Assembly (NCBI GenBank): GCA_963707505.1
Contig: CAVPQB010000004.1
Coordinates: 128,001 to 192,000, forward strand
DNA from: an uncultured Gemmatimonadales bacterium
Lineage (GTDB): Bacteria > Gemmatimonadota > Gemmatimonadetes > Gemmatimonadales > Gemmatimonadaceae
Direction: 5' to 3'
DNA length: 64,000 nucleotides
A model generated the notes under the pieces. It had not been told where the DNA came from. It did no database searches and saw only the letters and a program-made list of their open reading frames with translations. Made by a program: the position numbers and the translations under genes. How positions within the stretch are numbered: the first letter of the stretch is position 1; the number at the start of each line of letters is the position of its first letter. This document shows positions 51,924 to 62,225 of the stretch, one piece after another.

Positions 51924-52127
51924 ATGACTCGCTCTGCCACCACCCGCTGCTCCTGCTCGCCATGTTCCGCAGGTGCCTGCACTTGTACCTCCTGCCACAC
52001 GACGGCCGAACGCGCCGACGCGGCAAGCACCGATGTTGCACGCACCGGTGTTGCACGCTGCTGCTGCGGCAGTGCGTGCGGCTGCGATGTTTGCGTGTGC
52101 CCGCCGAACTGCGGCTGCGCGAAGTAA
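51924..52127 (+). CDS. Metallothionein-like Cys-rich peptide
   Basis: 67 aa with 15 Cys in two clusters (CxCxxC-x4-CxCxxC; CCC-x3-CxCxxCxC-x3-CxC); GAGG RBS; upstream motif. Confidence 0.75.
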   Translation: MTRSATTRCSCSPCSAGACTCTSCHTTAERADAASTDVARTGVARCCCGSACGCDVCVCPPNCGCAK

Positions 52128-52277
52128 GGAAGTAACATCGCGTCAGCATTGCGTCGGGAAGTCTGTACCACACGGGGCGCGGTTCTTGAGAACCGCGCCC
52201 CGTTGTGCATTCACTACGCGTCAAGGAACGCACCGTAGGTGGAATGATAGCCGGCGCCAATCGAGCATTCGCCGCGC

Positions 52278-52316
52278 TTCAGCCCTTTCGTTCAACAGCA
52301 CAGCCGCTCCGTTCAA
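52278..52316 (+). promoter_or_regulatory. Direct-repeat pair (21-bp period), candidate AraC site
   Basis: CAGCCCTTTCGTTCAA at 52280 and CAGCCGCTCCGTTCAA at 52301. Confidence 0.65.
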
Positions 52317-52404
52317 TTCCGAGCCTCCGAGGCGGGATAATCTTGAATCACGACCGCGCCGCGTGGCGCTTGTCGATTCGACCATCCCTAATCGAGATCC
52401 TCCA

Positions 52405-52868
52405 ATGCGCTTCTCCGTCGCAAAGTTTCGCCGCCGTACGCTCTTCACGCGAGCGTTCGCCTCGATTGTCGCAGCCAGTGCCGTTGCTGTGCTCGCGGCT
52501 GCATGCTCTTCGCCCGCGCCCCGCAGGATCTGGATTACTCGCGCACGCGCACCAGCGAGGGCGGCCACTACGTCGCTACGATTCACCCGCAGGGCGATTC
52601 GATCCCGCAGGGCCGGCTGCATCGCTGGACGCTCCACCTCGAGACTGCGGCGGGCGTACCGGTGGACAGCGCGGTGCTCACCGTCGATGGCGGGATGCCG
52701 CAGCACGGCCACGGCCTGCCGACGAAGCCCCGCGTCACGCGTGCGCTCGGCAACGGCGACCACCTCGTCGAAGGAATGAAGTTCAACATGGGCGGCTGGT
52801 GGGTCGTGAAGTTCCGCGTCGCCGCGGCTCAGGGCACCGACTCCGTCGTATTCAACCTCAAGCTCTGA
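52405..52868 (+). CDS. YtkA/FixH-like lipoprotein, frameshifted near 52497
   Basis: Signal peptide from ATG 52405; one added G gives lipobox VLAGC joined to [35 protein letters not shown]. Confidence 0.72.
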
Positions 52869-54145
52869 TGGACGCACGTCGCATCGCTCGCAAGCTGAGC
52901 ACGCGTTCGAGGACGGTTGTTTGGCCGGTCGCCATCGGCGCTGCGTTCGGGCTGACGTCGACGGCGGCGCTGAGCGGTATCGTTGCCGTTCGCCCGCAGT
53001 GGACGCCGACAGAGCGCGCGACACTGCGCTCGCTCGCTCTCTCGAGCCTCGGCCCGCTGCCGCCGGATCCGTCGAACGCGGCGGGTGACGACCCCCGCGC
53101 CGCGGCGCTCGGACGCGCGCTCTTCTTCGACACACGGCTGAGCGGCAACGGCAAGGTGTCGTGCGCGACGTGCCATGTACCGACGCAGGACTTCCAGGAC
53201 GGCAAGCCACTCGCTCACGGCGTCGGCACCACGGCGCGCCGCACGATGCCGATCGCCGGCACCGCACACAGTGCGTGGTTCTTCTGGGACGGCCGCGCCG
53301 ACAGCCAGTGGGCGCAGGCGCTCGGCCCGCTGGAGAGTGCGGTCGAGCACGGCGGCACGCGTGCGCAGTACGCGCACGTGATCGCGAAGCATTACCGCGC
53401 CGAGTACGAAGCCGTGTTCGGCCGGCTGCCATCACTCGACGACGTTCCGGCACAGGCCGGACCGGTTGCCGACGAGTCGGCGCGCGTGGCTGGCGTGGCA
53501 TCGCGCCGGCGCGGCAGCAGGACGTCAGCCGCGTGTACGCCAACATCGGCAAGGCCATCGCCGCGTACGAGCGGCGCATCACGTTCGCGCCGTCGCGGTT
53601 CGACCGTTACGTCGACGCCGAGCTCGCCGGTCGACCGAACACGCCTGCATCGGCTCTCACTGATGACGAAGCGGCCGGACTGCGGCTCTTCATCGGCAAG
53701 GCGAACTGCGTCAACTGTCACAACGGGCCCCGTTCACCGATGACCACTTTCACAACACCGGCGTACCCGTCTCACGGGTCGTTCTCGCCACCGACAGCGG
53801 CCGCGCGACGGGCGTTCGGCAGGCGCTCGCCGGCGAGTTCAGCTGCACGAGCCGGTACAGCGACGCGAAGCCCGAGGACTGCGACGAGCTGCGCTTCGCG
53901 GTCACCGAGGGCACTGAGCTCGTGCGCGCATACAAGACGCCGTCGCTGCGCAACGTCGCGGAGCGCGCACCGTACATGCACGCCGGCCAGCTCGCGACGC
54001 TCACGACGTGGTATCGCACTACGACCGCGCCGCCCCCGCACCGTTCGGCCACAGCGAGTTGAAGCCGCTGCATCTCTCGTCGAAGGAACGACGTCAGATC
54101 GAAGCGTTCCTGCGCACACTATCGGCGCCTGTGGTGCGCCCCTGA
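52868..54145 (+). CDS. Di-heme cytochrome c peroxidase superfamily enzyme (MauG/MbnH-like), three frameshifts
   Basis: [55 protein letters not shown]; shifts near 53490, 53732 and 54005. Confidence 0.85.
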
Positions 54146-54279
54146 GCACGCACGCGAGTGATGTGATAGCGACGTGCACCGCGAGTACGAACGGCATGCG
54201 CGCGAACGATTCCCGTACCACTTCGCCACGGTCGCGTTGCCATGGAGAAGATTTAGCGGCTGGTGTCTTCCTCGTCAGC

Positions 54280-54495
54280 TCAGCCAAGCACCACGGCTGC
54301 GTTCCGTTTGAGTCAGGCAAGCTTCGCGCGCTCCACCGGTGACTTCCGGAACGCCGTGCTGAACTCCTCCTGCGACATCGCAAGCACCTCGCTCGCCAAC
54401 GTCCGCGCATCCTTCCCAGCGATCACCTCACGCTGAGCAAGAGCCGCCTCGGTCGCATCTCCCGAAGACTTCACGTTCCACGGACACACACTTTG
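54280..54495 (-). pseudogene. queG: 3' remnant of queG (copy 3)
   Basis: QSVCPWNVK..EAALAQREVIAGKDARTLASEVLAMSQEEFSTAFRKSPVERAKLA*LKRNAAVVLG*; internal TGA at the position of Gly in copy 2. Confidence 0.82.
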
Positions 54496-55120
54496 GGGCG
54501 TGTATCCACTCACCCATTTCGAGATCCCGCTTTCGACGGGTGGCCGAACTATACGAACCATCAAAGGTGAGCCTCGCGGGCCAGTGTATGGCAGCTCGTC
54601 GAGTGCGAGAGCTCAGCGATGATCGAGGAGGAGCCGGTGAGGCGCAAACGATGGCTCTGAACTCAACGCCGTGGGCGATTCGGCAGAAGTGTACTACGCA
54701 CACCGCGTGGGAACCATCACGGTGCGTGTCCGTCGCTAATAATTCGGCGTGCTTGGCCGGGAGGGCATCTCGCGACCCAACGTTGGATACATGGAGGTCC
54801 ACCCCTACACTTGCAGTTGCAGTATAGAAAGAGCGATATCAAGCAGGCGTTCACGATACCATGCGCGCTGAATATTCCTGAATATGCGCGCGCGCCATCC
54901 TGGAAGGGACAGAATGGCCGTATAGTGGTCGCGCGCCGCTGATTGCGCCCCATGCTTTTTGAAAGGGATCGCATCTTGCTCTATGCGACAGTGGCGTTGC
55001 GGCCGCTCTCTTCTTCACTGTCATTGCGTGAGCTAGCTCTCCCGTTTCTCAGTGCAGGCAGGAAGTCTTGGATCCAGCGCGCGATCTGATAGACGAACTC
55101 TTACTGTGGGAGCACTAGGA

Positions 55121-55981
55121 ATGTCGAGCACTGAACCGAAGCACTTCGCTCTTGGAAGAGATCATTGCGGCCGGGCACTCAGCATCATCAAGTCGAGGCG
55201 TACCGTGCGACTGGCAGCGTCGTTCGCTGCTCTCGCAGCGGCATTCCTCGGCACCTCGCAGCTCACGGCTCAGGGAACCCTTGGCACGGCCCAGGCGTTC
55301 GGCGTCCTCGGGGCGTCGACGGTTACGAACACGGGCCCAACAACGATCACTGGCGACCTCGGAGTCTCGCCGGGAACCGCGATAACGGGACAGGGAAGCA
55401 TCACGCTCAACGGTGCGCTGCATGATGCTGATGCTGTTGCGCTGCAGGCGCAGCACGACGCGCGCACCGCGTACAACAACCTTGCTGCTCAAACGCCTAC
55501 TCAAGACCTGACGGGTCATGACCTTGGCGGAATGACGCTGACGCCTGGCGTGTATTTCTTCTCGTCGTCGGCACAGCTGACCGGAAATCTATTTCTCAAT
55601 TTTCTGGGCAATCCGAACTCGACGTTCGTGTTCCAGATCGGGAGCGCACTCACAACCGCCAGCGGATCCTCAGTGTCGGAGACGACGGGTGCGCCGGGCG
55701 CAAACGTGTTCTGGCAGGTCGGGAGTTCCGCGACCCTGGGGACAGGCACACAATTTCAGGGGACTATCATAGCAGACCAGAGTGTCACACTGACCACCGG
55801 CGCTTCCATCTCATGCGGCAGAGCGATCGCGTTGACCGGTGCGGTGACAATGGACAACAACGTCATCTCGAATGAATGCGGTGGCGCAACCAGCACCGTC
55901 CCCGAGCCGAGCTCGATGGCGTTACTCGGAACCGGGATGCTGGGACTGTTCCCAATGCTTCGCCGCCGCAGGAACGGCTAG
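55121..55981 (+). CDS. DUF3494 ice-binding-like protein with PEP-CTERM sorting signal
   Basis: [54 protein letters not shown]-terminal VPEP-TM-RRRR. Confidence 0.9.
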   Translation: MSSTEPKHFALGRDHCGRALSIIKSRRTVRLAASFAALAAAFLGTSQLTAQGTLGTAQAFGVLGASTVTNTGPTTITGDLGVSPGTAITGQGSITLNGALHDADAVALQAQHDARTAYNNLAAQTPTQDLTGHDLGGMTLTPGVYFFSSSAQLTGNLFLNFLGNPNSTFVFQIGSALTTASGSSVSETTGAPGANVFWQVGSSATLGTGTQFQGTIIADQSVTLTTGASISCGRAIALTGAVTMDNNVISNECGGATSTVPEPSSMALLGTGMLGLFPMLRRRRNG

Positions 55982-56349
55982 TATCCAGAAAGAGTCTCGG
56001 ACTCACGCGCCGGGCGGACAGTTGCCCGCAACCAATCCTCGCAATCGTGCGATGCTTGGTTGCGCCACCGTGCCGAGCCCGGTGATCGATGTTCCGGGCG
56101 AGATACCCAGGTCGCCAATTGATCATCGCTGCGAGCTTCATTTCGCATCGTTCCACCGGCGATAACCACTGCGCGTACAACCGCGAGTTACCAGGAGTCT
56201 GCTTTTCTTGTTGCAATCTGCACGGGGCAGAGTCCACATCATGACGGGGATCACACTCACGCATCCGTTGAAGAATACAGCGTGAAGATCACCGCGAGCC
56301 GGGGCGCATCGGCACTTTCTCGCGTTCACTTGCACAACGGCTCCAACAC

Positions 56350-57903
56350 ATGAAGAAGATTTTAGTTAGTAGCCGCGGAACGCGGCTGCTGGTTCGCAGT
56401 GCGCGCATCGCACGAACAGTCGCGGCAATTGGTTTCGCCGGGCTATTTGCTACAGCGTGCGACGTCCACGGCATCAGCAATCCGGGCACGCTCTCATCCA
56501 TCAGCGTCGCGCCCAACCCCCAGACGCTTGCAGCCGGCAGCACGCAGCAATTCACGGCGGTCGGTAGGGACTATTCTGGCGCGAAGGTAGCAATTACGCC
56601 TACCTGGTCCGTCGTCACTGGTGGTGGTACCATCAGCAGCACCGGGGTGTTTACGGCATCCGCAACGCCCGGTACCTACACCAACACTGTGATGGCGACC
56701 AGCGGAAACATGACCAGCACTGCGACGATCATCGTCACCGCTGGTCCGCTGGCAACAATCGTCGTCTCGCCAAATCCGCAGACGATGACAGTGCGCGGCA
56801 CGCAGCAGTTCACCGCCGTTGGCAGAGATTCAGCCGGCAACTCAGTTGCACTCACGCCGACCTGGTCAGTAGCCGCAGGTGGCGGGGCGATAAGCGCGAC
56901 CGGTCTCTTCACTGCCGGCTCGACGCCGGGCACCTACACCAACACGATCAAGGCGACGAGCGGTACGGTTTCGGCGACGGCCACTGTCGTGGTAATGTCG
57001 ACGCCGCCGGCCCCACCGCCACTTGCGACGATCACGGTAACACCGAATCCTGATACCACGCAGGTCGGCGCCACGCAGCAGTTCACGGCAGTTGGCCGCG
57101 ACGGCAACGGAAACATCTCTGCAATTACGCCGATATGGTCTGTAGTGAATGGCGGCGGCAGCATTGATTCGACCGGTCGCTTCACCGCGGGCTCCACGGC
57201 GGGGACGTTCACCAACACAGTGAAGGCGACGAGCGGTACAATTTCGGGAACGGCGACTGTAACAGTACTGGCGACAGTCCCACCTCCGTCGCCATCGCTC
57301 ATCAATCTTGGCACAGCCGCGCCGAATGGAATCATGGCCGGCACCGCGGTGACATGCGTCAGCCTCGGTACCATCAACGCTGACGTGAGCATCAGCCCGG
57401 GTAACACGATCACCGGCTTCGGACCATGCGTCATCACCGGCGTACAACATCTTGGTGATGCAGTTGCTGCGCAGGCGCAGATCGACCTGACAAGGGCATA
57501 CAACACGCTTGCCGGCCTCCCGTGCCCACCCGCCAACGCAATCGTGGCGAACCTCGGTGGCACGACCAAATCGGCCGGTGTCTACTGCACGGCCAGCGGG
57601 ATCGGCGTAACCGGCACACTGATACTCGATGGCGGCGGCGATCCGAACGCGACCTTCGTCTTCCAGGCAGGTAGCGGACTTACCACTGCCGGTGACGTAG
57701 TGCTCATCAACGGTGCTCAGGCCAAGAACGTGTACTGGCAGGTCGGTACCTCGGCTACCATCGGTACCGCATCGCACTGGCAGGGCAACATCGTCGCCTA
57801 CACGAGCATCACACTAGTGGATAACGCGACGCTGCTCGGCCGTGCTCTGGCACGCAACGGCGCAGTATCGCTCGGAACCAACAACGTCATCACGCTTCCG
57901 TAA
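56350..57903 (+). CDS. Lipoprotein with three Ig-like (Big_2-type) repeats and C-terminal DUF3494 ice-binding domain
   Basis: FATAC lipobox; 3x (I.V.PNP..QQFTAVGRD..TP.WSV..GGG.I...G.FTA..PGTYTNT); FVFQAG, NVYWQVGTSAT, GRALARNGAV. Confidence 0.88.
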   Translation: MKKILVSSRGTRLLVRSARIARTVAAIGFAGLFATACDVHGISNPGTLSSISVAPNPQTLAAGSTQQFTAVGRDYSGAKVAITPTWSVVTGGGTISSTGVFTASATPGTYTNTVMATSGNMTSTATIIVTAGPLATIVVSPNPQTMTVRGTQQFTAVGRDSAGNSVALTPTWSVAAGGGAISATGLFTAGSTPGTYTNTIKATSGTVSATATVVVMSTPPAPPPLATITVTPNPDTTQVGATQQFTAVGRDGNGNISAITPIWSVVNGGGSIDSTGRFTAGSTAGTFTNTVKATSGTISGTATVTVLATVPPPSPSLINLGTAAPNGIMAGTAVTCVSLGTINADVSISPGNTITGFGPCVITGVQHLGDAVAAQAQIDLTRAYNTLAGLPCPPANAIVANLGGTTKSAGVYCTASGIGVTGTLILDGGGDPNATFVFQAGSGLTTAGDVVLINGAQAKNVYWQVGTSATIGTASHWQGNIVAYTSITLVDNATLLGRALARNGAVSLGTNNVITLP

Positions 57904-57994
57904 TGCCGACGACGGGTCGAGGCCGGACGGCTGTCCGGTCTCGACATCTGTCACGGTCAGGAAGTGCTCATTGAAGTATCTACAGGAGAATTGG

Positions 57995-59050
57995 ATGTCG
58001 ATCAAAGTCTTGATTGCTGGTATGGCAACGCTGGTGTGCGCCGTACCCGCGGCAGCGCAGGAACGGGGAACAGTGGAATTCGGGGCGTTCGGGAGCGCTG
58101 CAACGTTCGACAATAGCCTCAGTCTCACGTCGGGCTACGGTGGAGGTGGCCGGGTTGGCATCTTCCTCGATCCCCGGCTGTCGATGGAATTCGAAGACGC
58201 CGAGATGCGGGCAAGCCGTCCGAATGGCCTGGCGAATGTGAACGTCGGCATTCTCTCGGGCCGGCTCGTGGCCAGTCCGCTCAAGGTGGGTGCAGTGTCG
58301 TTCCTGGTGGGCGCTGGAGCCGGTGTCTCCACGGAGACGAACTTCATGCACAGCTACGGCGTGGACGGACTGGTCGGTGCCAAGATTGCGCTGACCAACA
58401 ACGCCGCTCTGCGAGTTGACGGTGTCTGGGACTGGCTCGCGAATCAGAACTGGAAGACCTACAAGAGCGTTCGCGTGGGAGTGAGCCTGTACCGTCACCC
58501 TGCGCGGCGAGTGCAGTCTGTGACCGTCGTGACACCCGCGCCGGCGCCGGTGGTGGTAGCGCATGAGGATTCAGTCAGCGCTTCCGAAACCAGGCGGCTG
58601 CGCGACAACGATGCGGCCCTGAGCGCGCTGCGCGATTCGTTGCGCAATTCAATTGGCAAGGCACCAGTTCCGGTATCTGCCGCGAATGTTACGACGATGC
58701 AGGCCACCATCCACTTTGCCTTCGACAAGTCCGAGCTCACGGATTCGGCGAGAGCAACGCTGGATGAGAAGGTGGAGCTGTTCCGTGCCAATCCGCAGAT
58801 GTCGGTCATGATCGTGGGATACACTGATCATTTTGGAACCAGCGCGTACAACCTCGCGCTTGGCGAGCAGCGCGCCAGCGCAGCAAAGTCCTACATCGTG
58901 AGTCACGGTGTCGACGCCAGCCGCGTGATCGTGGAATCCAGGGGTGAACGCCAGCCGGTCACCGACGCTTCAGGTGTAGCTGGCCAGGCGCCCAACCGTC
59001 GGGCTGTATTTCGGTTGCAGGTAGCCCCGGACGTCGGTCCGAGAGAGTAA
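57995..59050 (+). CDS. OmpA family outer membrane protein
   Basis: Signal peptide, beta-barrel N-half, IHFAFDKSEL, GYTD..G...YNLALG..RA, RGE..P, NRR; AGGAG RBS. Confidence 0.9.
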   Translation: MSIKVLIAGMATLVCAVPAAAQERGTVEFGAFGSAATFDNSLSLTSGYGGGGRVGIFLDPRLSMEFEDAEMRASRPNGLANVNVGILSGRLVASPLKVGAVSFLVGAGAGVSTETNFMHSYGVDGLVGAKIALTNNAALRVDGVWDWLANQNWKTYKSVRVGVSLYRHPARRVQSVTVVTPAPAPVVVAHEDSVSASETRRLRDNDAALSALRDSLRNSIGKAPVPVSAANVTTMQATIHFAFDKSELTDSARATLDEKVELFRANPQMSVMIVGYTDHFGTSAYNLALGEQRASAAKSYIVSHGVDASRVIVESRGERQPVTDASGVAGQAPNRRAVFRLQVAPDVGPRE

Positions 59051-59081
59051 CCCGCCGCGGGAAAGCGGTCAGGGTGTAACT

Positions 59082-59118
59082 GAATGTGCCTGGTGCGGAT
59101 AACGCACCAGGCACATTC
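59082..59118. terminator. Hairpin between convergent genes
   Basis: GAATGTGCCTGGTGCG-gataa-CGCACCAGGCACATTC perfect 16-bp stem. Confidence 0.7.
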
Positions 59119-59163
59119 GTATTCTTCCCCCCCGTCCCAGCAAACCAGCTCCCAAGCTCCTGC

Positions 59164-61832
59164 TCACCACCCCGACTTGTCCGCGCGATCGGCCAGCCAC
59201 ACGTCCGGCACGAACCGCCGCACCGTACACGCAGCGAGCGTACCACCCGCGCCGACGGTCACGCCCCCGAGCCCTACCCAGCAACCGTTCGGGAGCGTCG
59301 CCACGCGCACTAGCGCCGAGCCGCCGGGAGGGAGGCGCTCCAGCACCAGATCTCGCCGGGGTGCACTCCCCACCGGCAACGTCGTCTGCCCCGCGGCCTC
59401 CCCGGTGACGAACAGCGATCCATCCTTCCCCCAGCCGACTGGCTGTACCGGCGACTTCGAGCTCACCAGTCGCGAGAGCTTGCCGCTCGCCATGTCGCCA
59501 CCGATGATCGCGCTCGCGACGGCTGACCAGTACGCCACTCGCTGCGTGGCGGCGTCCGTGATCACCCGTGCGAAGCCGCTCAGGGAGTCGGGGATCGCAA
59601 TCCGGCGGCCGATGCGGCCGGTCGTGTCCACGACCACCAGCGCACCCGGCTGCGCGAGCACGATGGCATCATTTCCCAGCCATCCGCTGGTGACCCCAAG
59701 TCCGGACTCGCGCCGGATGACGCGCTCGCGTCCACCCGCCGCGTCCGTGAACATCGCGCCTATTGGCGTTGCATCGGTGGTGGTCGCATCAAATGCGATG
59801 TGCTGTCCGTCAGCCGACCAGAACGGATAGTCACGCAGTCCGTGTTGTGCGGAGAGGGGGCGCGGCGGAGCGCCCGACAACGGGAAGACATAGACGTTGT
59901 CACCGATGTTGTCGGTCGCCGACCCTGCGAGTGAGAGGCCATCGGGCGAGAACTGTTCCCCCACACCCAGCTCGTGCGGTGGGTCAGTGGAGTCCATTTC
60001 GCGGTCGGATCGCCGAGCTTCAGGGTGAGAATCTCGAACGACACCGGACCGTCGATGATCGACGCCCGCCCGGACGGCGCCACGTCCATGGTCCCATTGG
60101 TCCCGATCCCGTCGCTCACCTGGCCGAGCACCAGCTGCGTCTGATCGGCTCTGAGCTTGCCGTGAGACACCGGGATGCGGAGGAGGTTGTCCGCGGTGCC
60201 TGGTGACGGGTTGAGTATCAGGATTCCCGTGTGCGTTGCATCCCAGCGGACATCAGAGCGGATGTAGAACGTCGTGGTGCTGTCGAGCAACCGTCCCCGG
60301 TGGTCGAGGAGTGCCAGCATGTTCGCGCCATGGCTCGTGCCACTGGCGGCGAACGTCCCGTTCTCCGGGTTCGCGGCCAGATCGGCGAATTCCAATCCGC
60401 GCGGCAGCGTCGCGCTGTCCGTACGCGCGAGGGTATGCGGATCGAGCCATACGAGCGCGTGATTGCCGGGTGCGCCAGCGACTTCCACCAGCTTGCCGTC
60501 CGGCGCGAACGTCCAGGCGGCCGCGGCGTCGCTCACTCGCTGCGGCGTGCCGCCGAGCCGAGGGATGAGATACAGCGCAGGCGCCGTGGAGTCCGGCGAT
60601 CCGGCGAAGCCCACCGTTTCGCCGTCGGGCGACCAGCGCAGGTCGCTGCAGACCGCTGGCCACGTGACGAGCTTCACCGATTGCGTGCCGTCCACCTCGC
60701 GCACCTGCAGCGTGCGTGTGCAGGTGTACGTCTGGCCGAAGCAATCGTCGCTCACGTAAGCGAGCCACGAGCCATCGGGAGAGATCGCCGCGCCGACGAC
60801 ATCGCCCTCGAACGTGAGCTGTCGCACGAGCTGCAGCTCCGGTGACGGCGGATGCGGCCGGAACGCGAGCCAGGCGAGGAGCGCCGCCGCGGCGAGCAAC
60901 GCACTGGCGGCGATGCGCCACGCCGTCATCGACCGTGTCATGCGTCGCGCGCGCCGGGCGAGCAGCGCGAGCGCGCCGTGCCCCTCGCGAATCGTAATCG
61001 TCGCGCTTCCGCGCAGTGCCTCGGCGAACTCCTGCGCCGTGCTCCAGCGGTCAGCGGGAAGTTTGGCGAGCGCCTTCATCGTCGCCGCGTCCACCGGCTC
61101 CGACACCGTGTCGCGCGTCGACCGCATGCTGCGCGGACGCTCGGTCAGGAGCTTCGCGATGATCGCCTGCACGCTCGCGCCCGTGTGCGGCGGCTCGCCC
61201 GTGAGCATCTCGTACAGCACCGCGCCGATCGAGTAGATGTCGCTGCGCGCGTCGATCACGCGATCGCCCGTCGCCTGCTCCGGCGACATGTATTGCGGCG
61301 TGCCGAGCGAGAGCCCCGTCTGCGTGACGCGCTGTCCGCCGGCCTTCGAGACCGCCAGCGCGATCCCGAAGTCGGCGACGACGGGCTCGCCGTCCTGCAG
61401 CAGGATGTTCTCCGGCTTGAGGTCGCGGTGAATGACTCCGTGCTCGTGCGCGTAGTCGAGCGCGGACAGAACGGCGATCGCGAGGCGCAGCGCCTCGTCG
61501 ACCGGGAGCTGCCGTTCGCGCTCGAGCCGTGCGCGCAGAGTCTCGCCCTCGACGTACGGCATCACGTAGAACAGCAGCCCGTCGGCGCTCCCGCAGTCGA
61601 AGAGCGGGAGCAGATGCGGATGCTGCAGGTTGGCGGTGACGCGAATCTCGCTCAGGAATCGCTCGACGCCGAGCACGGCGCCGAGCTCGGGATCGAGCAC
61701 CTTGAGCGCGACGCGACGGTCGTGCTTGAGGTCACGCGCGAGGTAGACCGTGGCCATGCCGCCGCGACCGATCTCGCGCTCGATCGTGTAGCGGCCCACC
61801 AGCGCGTCGCCGAGAGATGCGGGCACGTTCAC
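59164..61832 (-). CDS. Hanks-type Ser/Thr kinase with TM helix and TolB/PD40 propeller, frameshifted near 59960
   Basis: GRGGMATV, VALK, HRDLKPEN, DFG, GTPQYMSPE; SPDG repeats continue in ORF 59164-59997 after a G-run; start uncertain. Confidence 0.9.
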
Positions 61833-62225
61833 GCGCAGAACTTGCAGCCACGCCAGCTCGCGCGGAAGGGTGAGCGTCTGCGCCGCGCCGGGCTCGGAGT
61901 CCGTCCCACTCCGCCCCGGCCCCCGCAACGCTGGTAACTCCAGCATCGGATGGACCGCGCTCACAACGTTCGAGTGCAATACATCACCGAACACCGAGGC
62001 CATCGTCAAGCATCTTCACACCTGGCATTCGCTCACTTTGCTTCGCTCGCTTGATCGCAAACTGGCCTTGATCCGACTCAACGAACGCCGGATTTATACT
62101 GCTTCGACGTCCGACAAGCGCTTTTGACGTCCCACACGTGCTCCCGTACATTCTCCAGCCCGTACTGCACAGGATTATTGCAGTCGTCAAGTGTCGCCCG
62201 CTAACTGACAGGAGTACATGGCGCG

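Noticed and set aside
51924..52127. Cys-rich peptide as a RiPP precursor
   Set aside because: No radical SAM, YcaO, lanthionine synthetase, leader peptidase or exporter nearby; CxC/CCC spacing fits a metallothionein better
54550..55120. Long non-coding stretch as a possible ncRNA or sigma-54 promoter
   Set aside because: No convincing structure or correctly spaced -24/-12 motif found by eye
56480..57270. Three ~260-bp repeats as a possible CRISPR or mobile repeat
   Set aside because: In-frame Ig-like domain repeats; no repeat-spacer structure or cas genes
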